A stretch of 64,000 nt of DNA from Polaromonas sp. (GTDB lineage Bacteria; Pseudomonadota; Gammaproteobacteria; Burkholderiales; Burkholderiaceae_C): NCBI RefSeq assembly GCF_010365105.1, contig NZ_JAAFGZ010000008.1, positions 15,656-79,655 on the forward strand. The letters are read 5' to 3'. Under the pieces are notes generated by a model. The model had not been told where the DNA came from. It saw only the letters and a list, made by a program, of their open reading frames with translations, and searched no databases. This document shows, piece by piece, positions 37,978 through 46,983 of the stretch. Position 1 is the stretch's first letter. Each line of letters begins with the position of its first letter. The position numbers and the translations under genes were made by a program.

Positions 37978-38475
37978 ATGCAACTGCATGCCCTTACGGC
38001 CAAAATTTCCAGCCTGTTTCTTGTTTTGGGTAGCCTTGTGCTTGCGCCAGCGATGGCCGCACCGCGTTACACGCCGTCGGCAGACGGACAGGAAATCTCC
38101 GACAGCAAGACCGGCCTGGTATGGCGGCGCTGCGCTGAAGGCATGGACTGGAAGGGCACTACCTGCGTCAACACGGCCGTGTTTTCCAACTTTTTCGGTG
38201 CCGAGGCGCGCGCCAAAACGGCTGCCACTTCCGGCAAGCCTTGGCGCCTGCCGACCCTGAAGGAACTCTCGGGCATCGTGGCGGTGCGCGAGGCCGGGGA
38301 AGGCCAGGCGGCGATTGATCCGGTGGCTTTTCCGGCAACGCCGGCTGCGCGTTTCTGGTCGTCCAGCAGCGTCGGAAAGGGCTACTTCATGTATGTGGCG
38401 TTCACCGAAGGCAGTGCCGGGGAAGGGGAGCGCAACTCCCCGGGCGCGGTGCGGCTGGTGCGCGAAGGCAAGTAG
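37978..38475 (+). CDS. DUF1566 (Lcl C-terminal-like) domain secreted protein
   Basis: ATG at 37978 gives a signal peptide. TGLVWRRCAEG...WRLPTLKEL...FWSSS pattern. Confidence 0.65.
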   Translation: MQLHALTAKISSLFLVLGSLVLAPAMAAPRYTPSADGQEISDSKTGLVWRRCAEGMDWKGTTCVNTAVFSNFFGAEARAKTAATSGKPWRLPTLKELSGIVAVREAGEGQAAIDPVAFPATPAARFWSSSSVGKGYFMYVAFTEGSAGEGERNSPGAVRLVREGK

Positions 38476-38502
38476 CCGCCGGGCCTTGCCGGCAGTCCGC
38501 TT

Positions 38503-39297
38503 TCAGGCGGCTGTCGCGTTGCCGGTGCGTGCCTCGGGGCTGTCGTTGAACTCGTGGCGGGTGGCAGACGTGAGTGTCACGTTGCGCTGGATTTCGGACA
38601 GCAACTGAAACTCTTTCTTGATGGCTTTTTCCAGGTTTTGCAGCGCCAGCACCTGTTCTTCCAGCACCGGCAATTGCGTGGCTTGCGCCGTCGCAGCGGC
38701 CGGACGCGCTGCCTGCGCAGAAGTTGCCATGGCGGCGGCGCTGCGCTTGAGCGTGGCGTTTTCCTGCTCCAGCGCAAGCAAGCGGGTTTGTTCTTTCCGG
38801 GCCAGGTCCAGCGCTTCGCGCAGCCGGTCGGCATCAAGCTTGAGCGCCTGGGCGCTGGCGGCGGCGAGTTGCTGGTTTTTCTCCAGTGAGCGGAAGTATT
38901 CCTTGGCCTGGGCCTGCTCGGCCAGGGCTTCGGACCTGGCCTTGGCGGCATCGGCACGCGTGGCCTGTTCCTGCGCCTGCAGCTCAGCCAGTTGCGCCTG
39001 CAGCGCGGCGACCTGGGTGGCGTGTTCGGCCGGCTGTGCGGTGTCCTTCCTGACCGCATTGGTCACGCTGCGTGCCCGGGCGGTTTCGTGCTTCAGGTCG
39101 TCATGGTTCTTGATGGCCAGGTTGCGTTCGTCTTCGAGCTGGCGGATACGGCCCTTGGCATGCGCCAGTTCTGCTTGCTCCAGCCTGGCCTGCGGTGTGG
39201 GAGCAGGCCTGCGGCCGCGCATCAGCAGCCAGCACAGCACAAAGCCTGCGGCAAGCCCGGCGACGGCCATCAAGACGGTAAAAGTTTGGGAGTCCAT
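38503..39297 (-). CDS. membrane-anchored coiled-coil hypothetical protein
   Basis: The internal ATG at 39297 gives an N-terminal TM (FTVLMAVAGLAAGFVLCWLL), followed by about 230 aa of Ala/Gln/Glu-rich heptad-like sequence. Confidence 0.55.
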   Translation of the reverse strand: MDSQTFTVLMAVAGLAAGFVLCWLLMRGRRPAPTPQARLEQAELAHAKGRIRQLEDERNLAIKNHDDLKHETARARSVTNAVRKDTAQPAEHATQVAALQAQLAELQAQEQATRADAAKARSEALAEQAQAKEYFRSLEKNQQLAAASAQALKLDADRLREALDLARKEQTRLLALEQENATLKRSAAAMATSAQAARPAAATAQATQLPVLEEQVLALQNLEKAIKKEFQLLSEIQRNVTLTSATRHEFNDSPEARTGNATAA

Positions 39298-39466
39298 GTG
39301 CGTGCCTTGCCTGAAAAGAATCAAAACCTGTAAGCACCTCATTATTTGCCATAAAACTGTGTCTGGCGTCACCCCTTGTTGCAAAAGCAAGGCGTTTTTT
39401 TGATTCATGGCCCCGCCGCTCGGGTGGCGGCCGGTCGCTGGGCCGGCCGCCAGACCTGTTTCGCGT

Positions 39467-39889
39467 TCAGGAAAGGATGGGTTCGGCCGGGGACATGGCG
39501 CGGGCATCCATGTACATGAGTTCCCACAGGTGGCCGTCGAGGTCCTGGAAACCATGCTGGTACATGAAACCGTGGTCCTGCGGCGGGTTGGGCGTGGTGC
39601 CGCCTGCGGCAATGGCCTGGCCCACCATGTCGGTGACCTGTTCGCGGCTGTCGCAGGACAGGCAGATCAGCACTTCGGTTTGCCGGCGGGCATCGCAGAT
39701 TTTCTTGGGTGTGAAGGTCTTGAAGAAGTTTTCGACCAGCAGCATCACAAAGCTGTCAGGGTTGATGATCATGCAGGTGGCGTTGCTGTCGGTGAACTGC
39801 GGGTTGAAGGCAAAGCCGAGGCGAGTGAAAAAATCGACCGACTGGTCCAGGTCCTTGACGGGCAGGTTGACATACATCTGGGTCGCCAT
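39467..39889 (-). CDS. VOC (glyoxalase) family protein
   Basis: 140 aa from the internal ATG at 39889. MYVNLPVKDLDQSVDFFTRLGF ... DLDGHLWELMYMD. Confidence 0.8.
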   Translation of the reverse strand: MATQMYVNLPVKDLDQSVDFFTRLGFAFNPQFTDSNATCMIINPDSFVMLLVENFFKTFTPKKICDARRQTEVLICLSCDSREQVTDMVGQAIAAGGTTPNPPQDHGFMYQHGFQDLDGHLWELMYMDARAMSPAEPILS

Positions 39890-39983
39890 GCGGTCCTTCA
39901 CTCTTAAACCGGCGAGTATCGGCGCTGACCGGCAGGCCGGCGTTTCCAATTGCAAGCGGCCCGGCGCAGTGCTGTACGCCGCT

Positions 39984-40559
39984 TCAGCGTGGCGGCGCAA
40001 CCACGAAAGTGACCGCCAGCCCCTTGGGGGTGACGGTGATGCTGCCGGGCTGCAGCCCCATGGCGTCGGGCAGCGCAAGGTCCTGCGGGCGAAGGGTGTG
40101 CAACACCACTTCGCCCAGCGCCTGCTCGGCCAGCGCGATGCCATAGGCGTCCAGCAGCGCCGACGGCCCCGGCGGCAGGTCGGGAAAGCGCAGCGCATTG
40201 ACGCGCAACCGGTGCGCCCGCACGGTCCGGTCGCGCGCTTCATAGCGCAGCGCGAAATCCACATCGAACGTGCCGCTGTAGCGGCGGCCCAGCGCCGGGC
40301 CGGCGGCTTCGACCGGCATCTCGGCGCCCAGCCGGTTCAGCTCGGGCAGCAGGCGCAGGCGCGGCGTCAGCAGCATCAGGTCCAGCAGCCCGCCAACCGG
40401 GTAACGCAGCGGAAACCGCTCGGCCACGGCCTGCTCCAGCTGGCCGGTGGACACGGTGTAGCCCGGCCGGTCGGCAGCGTGTACGCCGGAAAGGCCCGGA
40501 CCCGCCGCGCCGGCTGCCAGCAGCCAGGCGGGGAGTGTCAGCATGCGTCTGCGATTCAT
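39984..40559 (-). CDS. DUF1439-like exported protein
   Basis: The internal ATG at 40559 gives a Tat-like signal, MNRRRMLTLPAWLLAAGAAG. The YTVSTGQLEQAVAERFPL... pattern resembles the YceB/DUF1439 family. Confidence 0.55.
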   Translation of the reverse strand: MNRRRMLTLPAWLLAAGAAGPGLSGVHAADRPGYTVSTGQLEQAVAERFPLRYPVGGLLDLMLLTPRLRLLPELNRLGAEMPVEAAGPALGRRYSGTFDVDFALRYEARDRTVRAHRLRVNALRFPDLPPGPSALLDAYGIALAEQALGEVVLHTLRPQDLALPDAMGLQPGSITVTPKGLAVTFVVAPPR

Positions 40560-40725
40560 CCGTTTCCTTGTGTTGGGGGGTGCATCCGGTTTGGATGCGC
40601 TGCATTGTGTGCCTGTCGCCTTTGGGGCTTGCGCCGCCAGTTTAGTGTCAGACGCGCTGCGGCCGGGTCGGTTCCGCTGGGCAGGCGATGACGCCGGAAA
40701 CAAGGCGCAGGTTTTCAATAAAACA

Positions 40726-40775
40726 GGCCATTTGCGCAATATTGGCGGACATGGGCAGCTATTAAAAACAGAGCA
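40726..40775 (+). repeat. REP-like intergenic repeat (copy 7, variant)
   Basis: GGCCATTTGCGCAATATTGGCGGACATGGGCAGCTATTAAAAACAGAGC, nearly identical in its 3' half to the copy at 44480-44532. Confidence 0.6.
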
Positions 40776-40913
40776 AATTAAACCCTGCAACAGATATACA
40801 TCTGGTAACGAACGGACATGTATTCTTGACCGGCGCACATCGCTGCGACACGTCGCCAGACACACAATGCATGGGCCTGCCGTTTCTGACAGGCGCGTGA
40901 CGGGAGAGCTTTC

Positions 40914-41390
40914 ATGAGAACATTTTTAGTGCTTTGCGCGGCTGCAGCCTTGAGCGGCTGCGCGGTGTATCCGTCGCCGGGCTACGAGACCTATGGCTAC
41001 GACGTACCGCCTCCCCAGGTGATCCAGCAGCCGGTGTATATCCAGGGCGGCGGCACGATTTACCGCTCCGATGGTTTCGGGTATGGCTACCCACGCGGCT
41101 ACAACCGACCTTTGCCGCCGCCGGTGGTTGTCGTGCCGGGGCCGCGCCCGGGAAGGCCTTTCGTGTACGGACCGCGTCCGGGCCGTGGCCACGGCGACCG
41201 GGACGGCGACGGCATTCCGAACCGCTTTGACCGTGACCGGGACGGCGACGGCGTTCCCAACCGCCTTGACCGCCGCCCGAACAACAGCGGCGCGCCCAAC
41301 CGCGTGGAACGCAGCCACCGGCGCGACCGGGATGGCGACGGTATTTCGGACCGCATCGATCCCCGGCCCGATATTCCGAACCGCCGCTAG
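40914..41390 (+). CDS. lipoprotein with thrombospondin type-3-like DxDxDG calcium-binding repeats
   Basis: Lipobox ALSGC. A Tyr/Gly/Pro-rich middle region. Three DRDGDG(I/V)(P/S)(N/D)R repeats. Confidence 0.7.
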   Translation: MRTFLVLCAAAALSGCAVYPSPGYETYGYDVPPPQVIQQPVYIQGGGTIYRSDGFGYGYPRGYNRPLPPPVVVVPGPRPGRPFVYGPRPGRGHGDRDGDGIPNRFDRDRDGDGVPNRLDRRPNNSGAPNRVERSHRRDRDGDGISDRIDPRPDIPNRR

Positions 41391-41437
41391 CCAGGCCGCC
41401 ACCGGGGCGACAGACGGGCAGGCCGGCCTGCGGTAAG

Positions 41438-42109
41438 GTGCGTGCTGCGCCTGAACCTGACCTTTCACCCATTTCGGAGCCTGTTTCCTTGCCTGACACC
41501 ACTCACTTCTACGAACCGCGCAGCGGCCACCGTCTGCCGCATGACCCGTTCAACGCCATCGTCGGGCCGCGCCCCATCGGCTGGATTTCATCGCGCAGCC
41601 CGGCCGGCAGCCTGAACCTGGCGCCCTACAGCTTTTTCAACGCGTTCAACTACACGCCGCCCATCGTCGGCTTTGCCAGCATCGGCTACAAGGACACGCT
41701 GCGCAACATCGAGCAGACCGGCGAATTTGTCTGGAACCTGGCGACGCGCCCGCTGGCCGAGGCGATGAACCAGACCTGCGCCGCCGTGCCTCCCGAGGTC
41801 AGTGAATTCGAGCTGGCGGGCTTGACGCCGGCGCCGTCGCGAATAATTTCGGTGCCGCGCGTGCAGGAAAGCCCGGTGTCGTTCGAATGCCGCACCACGC
41901 AGATCGTCCAGCTGCAGGGAGCCGATCGCGCGAAAGTGCCGACCTGGCTGGTGCTGGGCGAGGTGGTGGCGGTACACATTGCCCAGCGCCTGCTCAAGGA
42001 CGGCGTGTACGACACGGCCGGCGCTGGCCACATCCTGCGCGGCGGCGGGCCGGCCGACTATTTCAGCATTGGCCCGGAGCAGTTGTTCAGGATGCGCCGG
42101 CCGGCTTGA
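41438..42109 (+). CDS. flavin reductase family protein (FMN-binding split barrel)
   Basis: Motif IVGPRPIGWISSRSPAGSLNLAPYSFFN. The start is uncertain: GTG at 41438, or TTG at 41489 preceded by GGAG. Confidence 0.75.
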   Translation: MRAAPEPDLSPISEPVSLPDTTHFYEPRSGHRLPHDPFNAIVGPRPIGWISSRSPAGSLNLAPYSFFNAFNYTPPIVGFASIGYKDTLRNIEQTGEFVWNLATRPLAEAMNQTCAAVPPEVSEFELAGLTPAPSRIISVPRVQESPVSFECRTTQIVQLQGADRAKVPTWLVLGEVVAVHIAQRLLKDGVYDTAGAGHILRGGGPADYFSIGPEQLFRMRRPA

Positions 42110-42180
42110 GGCTTTAGGGCGGCTCCAGCGGCCGATTGATCAATCAAACGGCTTGGTTGCCTACGTGCTTGCGCTTTGAT

Positions 42181-42935
42181 TGCTGCGTTTTCTGTTTTTG
42201 TTCTTTTGGCTTTTGTGGATTCTTTTGTGGTTTGAGGGGTGAGCGCCTGCCCGGCGGGGGGTAACTTTCTTTTCTGGCAAAAAAGAAAGTCACCAAAGAA
42301 AGTTGCCTCGGGATCGGGAGCGGATCAGAGCTGAGCGCTCTGTCGGGCCGTTGCTTCGCTGGGCCCTGGGTTCTCTGATCAGCGGCCAGTCGCCCATGGC
42401 GTAGCTTGCTGGTTCTACCGCTCGTTCGCCAACAGCTTCACGCTCTGCTTGATCATTTTCTTTGTACTTCAAACCTGCTGGCAGTTTTTTTGCCCTTTTT
42501 TCCCCGGTCAATGCAGAGCGAGGCGAACAGTGAAAAGGACAATCGTTGTTTCACAACCACCAGCCCACCAGCGAACACCCGGAAACAACGCGCGCAGCGC
42601 AAGCAAGCCAGATCAGGCAGAGCGTGAAGCTCTTGGCGAACGAGCGGTAGCACCAGCCAGTTTCAGACATCGCCACCAAACCGCTGATCAGAGAACCCAG
42701 GGCCCAGCGAAGCGATGGCCCGACAGAGCGCTCAGCTCTGATTCGCTCCCGCTCCCAAGGCAACTTTCTTTGGTTACTTTCTTTTTTGCCAGAAAAGAAA
42801 GTCACCCCCCGCCGGGCAGGCGCTCACCCCTCAAACCACAAAAGAATCCACAAAAGCCAAAAGTACAAAAACAAAAAACGCAGCAACTCAACACCCAGAA
42901 AAGCCCAAAATACAAGGTCCGACAAAACCGTTGAC
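42181..42935. repeat. long-palindrome (foldback) element, copy B
   Basis: Arms at about 42181-42453 and 42611-42890 are imperfect reverse complements, with the same nested hairpin and core sequence as copy A. The central spacer matches copy A only as its reverse complement. Confidence 0.8.
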
Positions 42936-42969
42936 CTGCAGCAAGGTAAACAGCTACTAACAGCCAGTA

Positions 42970-43025
42970 AAAAATGGCTTTAGCGCATATCCAACATGCG
43001 AATTCAGCTATGAAAAAAGTAGCAA
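42970..43025 (+). repeat. REP-like intergenic repeat (copy 8)
   Basis: Sequence AAAATGGCTTTAGCGCATATCCAACATGCGAATTCAGCTATGAAAAAAGTAGC. Confidence 0.6.
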
Positions 43026-43031
43026 AAAGTT

Positions 43032-44312
43032 TCAGGCCGTAGCGCGGTGCGCCGGCCCCGGCAAGACAGTGAACGCCAGCGCGCCGGCCACCAGCAGCGC
43101 GGCAATGCTCGCCAGCACGGCGGTGAAGGGCTCGATGCCCCGGGCCAGGGCCACGGACGCGACGATGCCGGTCAGCCACTGCATGCCGGCCACGCCCAGG
43201 AACATCGCCATGGTGAACACCGCCATCGCACGGCCGGTGATTTCAGGCGGGTAGGCGGAGCGCACGTCGGCATACTGCAGCACCGTGTAGCCCGACAGCA
43301 GGCCAATGACGATGGGGCCGCCCACGTCCACCAGCGTGCTGTGCCCCATCGCAAACGCCGCAAACAGAATGGCCAGTACCAGTGTGAAACCGACGATCCA
43401 GCGGCGCCGGTGCTTCGGGCCCGGGTCAAAGCGGCCAAACAGCGGCGGGCCGATCAGTGAGGCCAGTGACATCGCCAGCGCCACGTTGCCCGCCTGCACC
43501 AGCGAAAAACCGTGGCGCTGCATCAGTATCGGCCCCAGCCACAGACCGCGCAGCGAGATGAAGGACGCATAGCACACGGCAGCCAGCAGCACGATGCCCA
43601 GCGTATGCGGCAGCAAAAACAGTGCGCCGAATTTGCCAATCGCCTGGCCCAGCGTTTCCCGGACTTGCGTTCCCCGGGCCTGCGCCATGGCGGCGGGCAG
43701 CGCCGGCTCGTGTACCAGCACGTAAATCAGGCTCCAGGCCAGTACCGCGACCGCGCCCAGCACCCAGAATCCCATGCGCCACGAGGTGGCCTCGATCAGC
43801 CAGGCCAGCGGCGTGCCGGTCAGCAGCATGCCGATGCCGCCCAGGCCCAGCGTGAGCCCGGAAATCGCTGCAAACCGGTTGGCCGGCAGGTGCCGCGCAA
43901 TGAACACGGTACACACCAGGAAAGCCGGCGCGCAGCCGATGCCGATCAGCACCTGGCCGGCGACCAGCATCGGGTACGACGTGGCCAGCGCCGACAGGGC
44001 CGAGCCGGCAATCGCCACCGGAAACGCCGTCAGCACGGTACGCCGCACGCCATGCAGGTCAATGCCGATGCCCATGAACAGCTGCATCGCGCCAAAGGCA
44101 AAGTGAAAGGCGCCGGCAAACAGGCCCAGCGCCTGCGCATCCAGGTGAAAGTCGGCCTGCAGCGGCGCGGCCATGAGGGTGGCGACGGTGCGGTAGGCCT
44201 GGCTCAGCGCGAAGGCAGTGGTCAGGGCGAACAGAATGGCCCACAGCGGGCGATGAGGCGGTGCTGCGGGCCGTTCGGCGACTGCGTGGGCGGGTAGTGG
44301 GAGGGGGTTCAT
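43032..44312 (-). CDS. MFS transporter
   Basis: 426 aa with about 12 hydrophobic helices. A GIGIDLHGVRRT-type loop lies between TM2 and TM3. Confidence 0.85.
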   Translation of the reverse strand: MNPLPLPAHAVAERPAAPPHRPLWAILFALTTAFALSQAYRTVATLMAAPLQADFHLDAQALGLFAGAFHFAFGAMQLFMGIGIDLHGVRRTVLTAFPVAIAGSALSALATSYPMLVAGQVLIGIGCAPAFLVCTVFIARHLPANRFAAISGLTLGLGGIGMLLTGTPLAWLIEATSWRMGFWVLGAVAVLAWSLIYVLVHEPALPAAMAQARGTQVRETLGQAIGKFGALFLLPHTLGIVLLAAVCYASFISLRGLWLGPILMQRHGFSLVQAGNVALAMSLASLIGPPLFGRFDPGPKHRRRWIVGFTLVLAILFAAFAMGHSTLVDVGGPIVIGLLSGYTVLQYADVRSAYPPEITGRAMAVFTMAMFLGVAGMQWLTGIVASVALARGIEPFTAVLASIAALLVAGALAFTVLPGPAHRATA

Positions 44313-44479
44313 GGCAGTTGTGGGCGTTGAGGGTACACCGGCTGGCGTTTGCGCGTTTCAGCCCGTGTCGCTGGATTTTCGCCTTTGCGGGACTGACGGA
44401 CAGGCAGCGATGGATTGCCAAATCCCAAGGGCAGCCCAGCACGGCAAAAAAACACCCTGGTGCATTGGATTTGGCATCA

Positions 44480-44532
44480 AAAAAGGCATTTGCGCTTGCT
44501 GGACCGGCGCGGGAAGCTATTAAAAACAGAGC
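44480..44532 (+). repeat. REP-like intergenic repeat (copy 9, variant)
   Basis: Sequence AAAAGGCATTTGCGCTTGCTGGACCGGCGCGGGAAGCTATTAAAAACAGAGC. Confidence 0.6.
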
Positions 44533-44609
44533 GGTGTCTGGCTGTTCGCGGATCAGGAAAGCATTCCACCCGCTGACGGATACCCTGGCAATACGGCCTG
44601 GCCTGCGTT

Positions 44610-46754
44610 TCAGGGTACCTTGCGGCTGGCCGCCATGTGCTCGGCCATCGTCTTGCGAAAGACCCGCACCAGCGTGTCGGAAACATAGGGTTTTTGAATC
44701 AGTTCAAAGCCGTGCCTGCCGCGCTCGGCCATGACCTCGTTGTAGCCGCTGGCCAGCACCACCGGCAGGCCCGGGTAGCGTTTGCGCACCAGCTCGCCGA
44801 ATTCAATGCCGCTCATGCCCGGCATGATCACGTCGGAAAACACCAGGTCAAAGCGGCTGGCGTCCTCGGTCAGCAAATCCAGCGCGGCCGTGGCATTGGC
44901 TGCCCAGGTCGTGTGGTAGTCCAGGATGTTGAGAATCTCGCACGTCATCTGCGCCAGTATTTCGTTGTCCTCGACGACCAGCACGCTGATGCTGCGGGCC
45001 TCGGCGCCGGGTTCGGCAGCGGCCGCCACGGCTTCGGATGTGGCCGCGTGCTCGGCACGTGCCAGGAAAAGGGTAAATACCGAACCGATGTCCAGCTCGC
45101 TCCTGACCTTGACCTCGCCGCCTGACTGCTTGGCAAAGCCAAACACCTGGCTCAGGCCCAGGCCGGTGCCCTTGCCCACTTCCTTGGTGGTGTAGAAGGG
45201 CTCAAAAATCGCCTCCAGGTTGTCGGCAGCAATGCCGCAGCCCGTGTCGGTGACCGAAATGGCGACGAAATCGCCTGGCCGCAGGTCACGTCCAGAACCG
45301 GCCGGTACGTTGTCAACCTTTTGCACCTTGATGGTGAGCCGGCCGTTGCCGTTCATGGCGTCGCGCGCGTTGACCGCCAGGTTCACCAGCGCCGTTTCAA
45401 ACTGGTTGATGTCCGCCTCGGCGAAGCAGCTGTTTTGGCTGCCACACGGCTCGAGATGAATCTGCACCTGCGCACCCATCAGCGGGCGCACCAGATCGAT
45501 CACGCCCTGCACATGCTGGTCCACATTGAAGACTTCAGGGCTCAAAGGCTGTTGCCGGGCAAAGGCCAGCAGCTGGCTGGTGAGCTTGGCTGCGCGCCCG
45601 ACCGTGTCGAAAATCCGGTCCAGGTACTGGCCACGCCGGTCCACCGGGAGCTTGTCACTGCGCAGCAACTCGACCGAGGAGCTGATCACCGCCAGCAGGT
45701 TGTTGAAGTCATGCGCCACGCCGCCGGTGAGCTGGCCCAGCGCTTCGAGCTTTTGCGACTGCCGCAGCGCATGCTCGGTGCGCAGCAGTTCAGTCGTTCG
45801 CTGGTCAAGCGCCACCTGCGCCGCCTCGACCTCCTTGCGCGCCGTGTTGTCGGTGCCAATCAGCAGGTAGCCGATGATGCCTTCGTGCGCATCGCGCAGC
45901 GCCGTGACCGAGACAATCGCCGGAAAACGGCTGCCGTCCTTGCGGATGTAGGTCAGCTCGTAAATATCCTCGATGCCGCGCGAAGCCTTGAACACCAGTG
46001 CCTCGAAACCGGGCGTGATCAGGGTCCCGAGTTCAACGCTCAACGCTTCAGCGCGGACGATGACTTCCTGCGGATCGGAAATGTCGGCCGGCGTGATCTG
46101 GTTCAGCACGTCGGCGGCTGCATAGCCCAGCATGCGTTCGGCGCCGACGTTGAAAATCTGGATCACGCCTTTTTCGTCGGTGGCAATGCTGGAAAAGTTG
46201 GCGCTGTTGAAAATGGCGTTCTGCAGGGCGCCGGCTTCCAGCAGCGCTTCTTCGGCCTGCTTGCGCGCCGTGTTGTCGGTGCCGATCAGCAGGTAGCCGA
46301 TGATCACCGCCTGGTCGTCGCGCAGTGCCGTCACCGACACCACGGCCGGAAAACGGCTGCCGTCCTTGCGGATGTACGTCAGCTCGTAAATGTCTTCGAT
46401 GCCGCGCGAGGCCTTGAAGACGAGTGCTTCAAAGCCGGGCGTGATCGGGGTATCAAACTCCAGGCTCAAGGTGACGGCCCGGGTCACCAGTTCTTTCGAG
46501 TCCGAAATATCGGCCGGGGTAACCTGGTTGACGACATCGCCAGCCGCGTACCCGAGCATGCGCTCGGCGCCGACGTTGAAAATCTGCACCACGCCTTTTT
46601 CGTCGGTGGCGATGCTGGAAAAGTTGGCGCTGTTGAAAATGGCGTCCTGCAGGGCACCCGCCTTGAGCAGTGTTTCCTGCTGCCGGACATCGTTGAAGCT
46701 TTCAAGCGCTCCGTGTTGCCCGCGAGCGTTGCAAGGATCACCGATTCGCGGCAT
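44610..46754 (-). CDS. hybrid sensor histidine kinase (PAS-PAS-HisKA-HATPase-receiver)
   Basis: Two near-identical PAS units, an H-box GGVAHDFNNLL, HATPase N/G boxes and a C-terminal receiver (VLVVEDN...DLVFSDVIMPGMSG). ATG at 46754 is preferred; the ORF-track start at 46802 is TTG. Confidence 0.85.
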   Translation of the reverse strand: MPRIGDPCNARGQHGALESFNDVRQQETLLKAGALQDAIFNSANFSSIATDEKGVVQIFNVGAERMLGYAAGDVVNQVTPADISDSKELVTRAVTLSLEFDTPITPGFEALVFKASRGIEDIYELTYIRKDGSRFPAVVSVTALRDDQAVIIGYLLIGTDNTARKQAEEALLEAGALQNAIFNSANFSSIATDEKGVIQIFNVGAERMLGYAAADVLNQITPADISDPQEVIVRAEALSVELGTLITPGFEALVFKASRGIEDIYELTYIRKDGSRFPAIVSVTALRDAHEGIIGYLLIGTDNTARKEVEAAQVALDQRTTELLRTEHALRQSQKLEALGQLTGGVAHDFNNLLAVISSSVELLRSDKLPVDRRGQYLDRIFDTVGRAAKLTSQLLAFARQQPLSPEVFNVDQHVQGVIDLVRPLMGAQVQIHLEPCGSQNSCFAEADINQFETALVNLAVNARDAMNGNGRLTIKVQKVDNVPAGSGRDLRPGDFVAISVTDTGCGIAADNLEAIFEPFYTTKEVGKGTGLGLSQVFGFAKQSGGEVKVRSELDIGSVFTLFLARAEHAATSEAVAAAAEPGAEARSISVLVVEDNEILAQMTCEILNILDYHTTWAANATAALDLLTEDASRFDLVFSDVIMPGMSGIEFGELVRKRYPGLPVVLASGYNEVMAERGRHGFELIQKPYVSDTLVRVFRKTMAEHMAASRKVP
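45834..46686. repeat. tandem duplication (2 x 426 bp) inside the hybrid kinase gene
   Basis: CTTGCGCGCCGTGTTGTCGGTGCC recurs at 45834 and 46260, and GCGCTGTTGAAAATGGCGT recurs at 46201 and 46627. Each unit encodes one PAS module. Confidence 0.8.
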
Positions 46755-46983
46755 AAATTCTTTCGTTCCAGTTATCACTGTCGATAAGCTGTGCGGGCAC
46801 AAGAGGGGCTCCGCTGCGTCAGCGTAACACGCTGCAACTTCAGCAAATGTTATGAAAGGTTGTGATCGAAAGAGGGTGATCGGAGTGGACTGCCGGGCAT
46901 TGCCGAGTGCCGGAGAAGGGAAGGGCGCGCGCGATGAGTGCAGGCGCCGCGCCCTGCCTGCCGCTGCGCACGGCGAAATTCGT

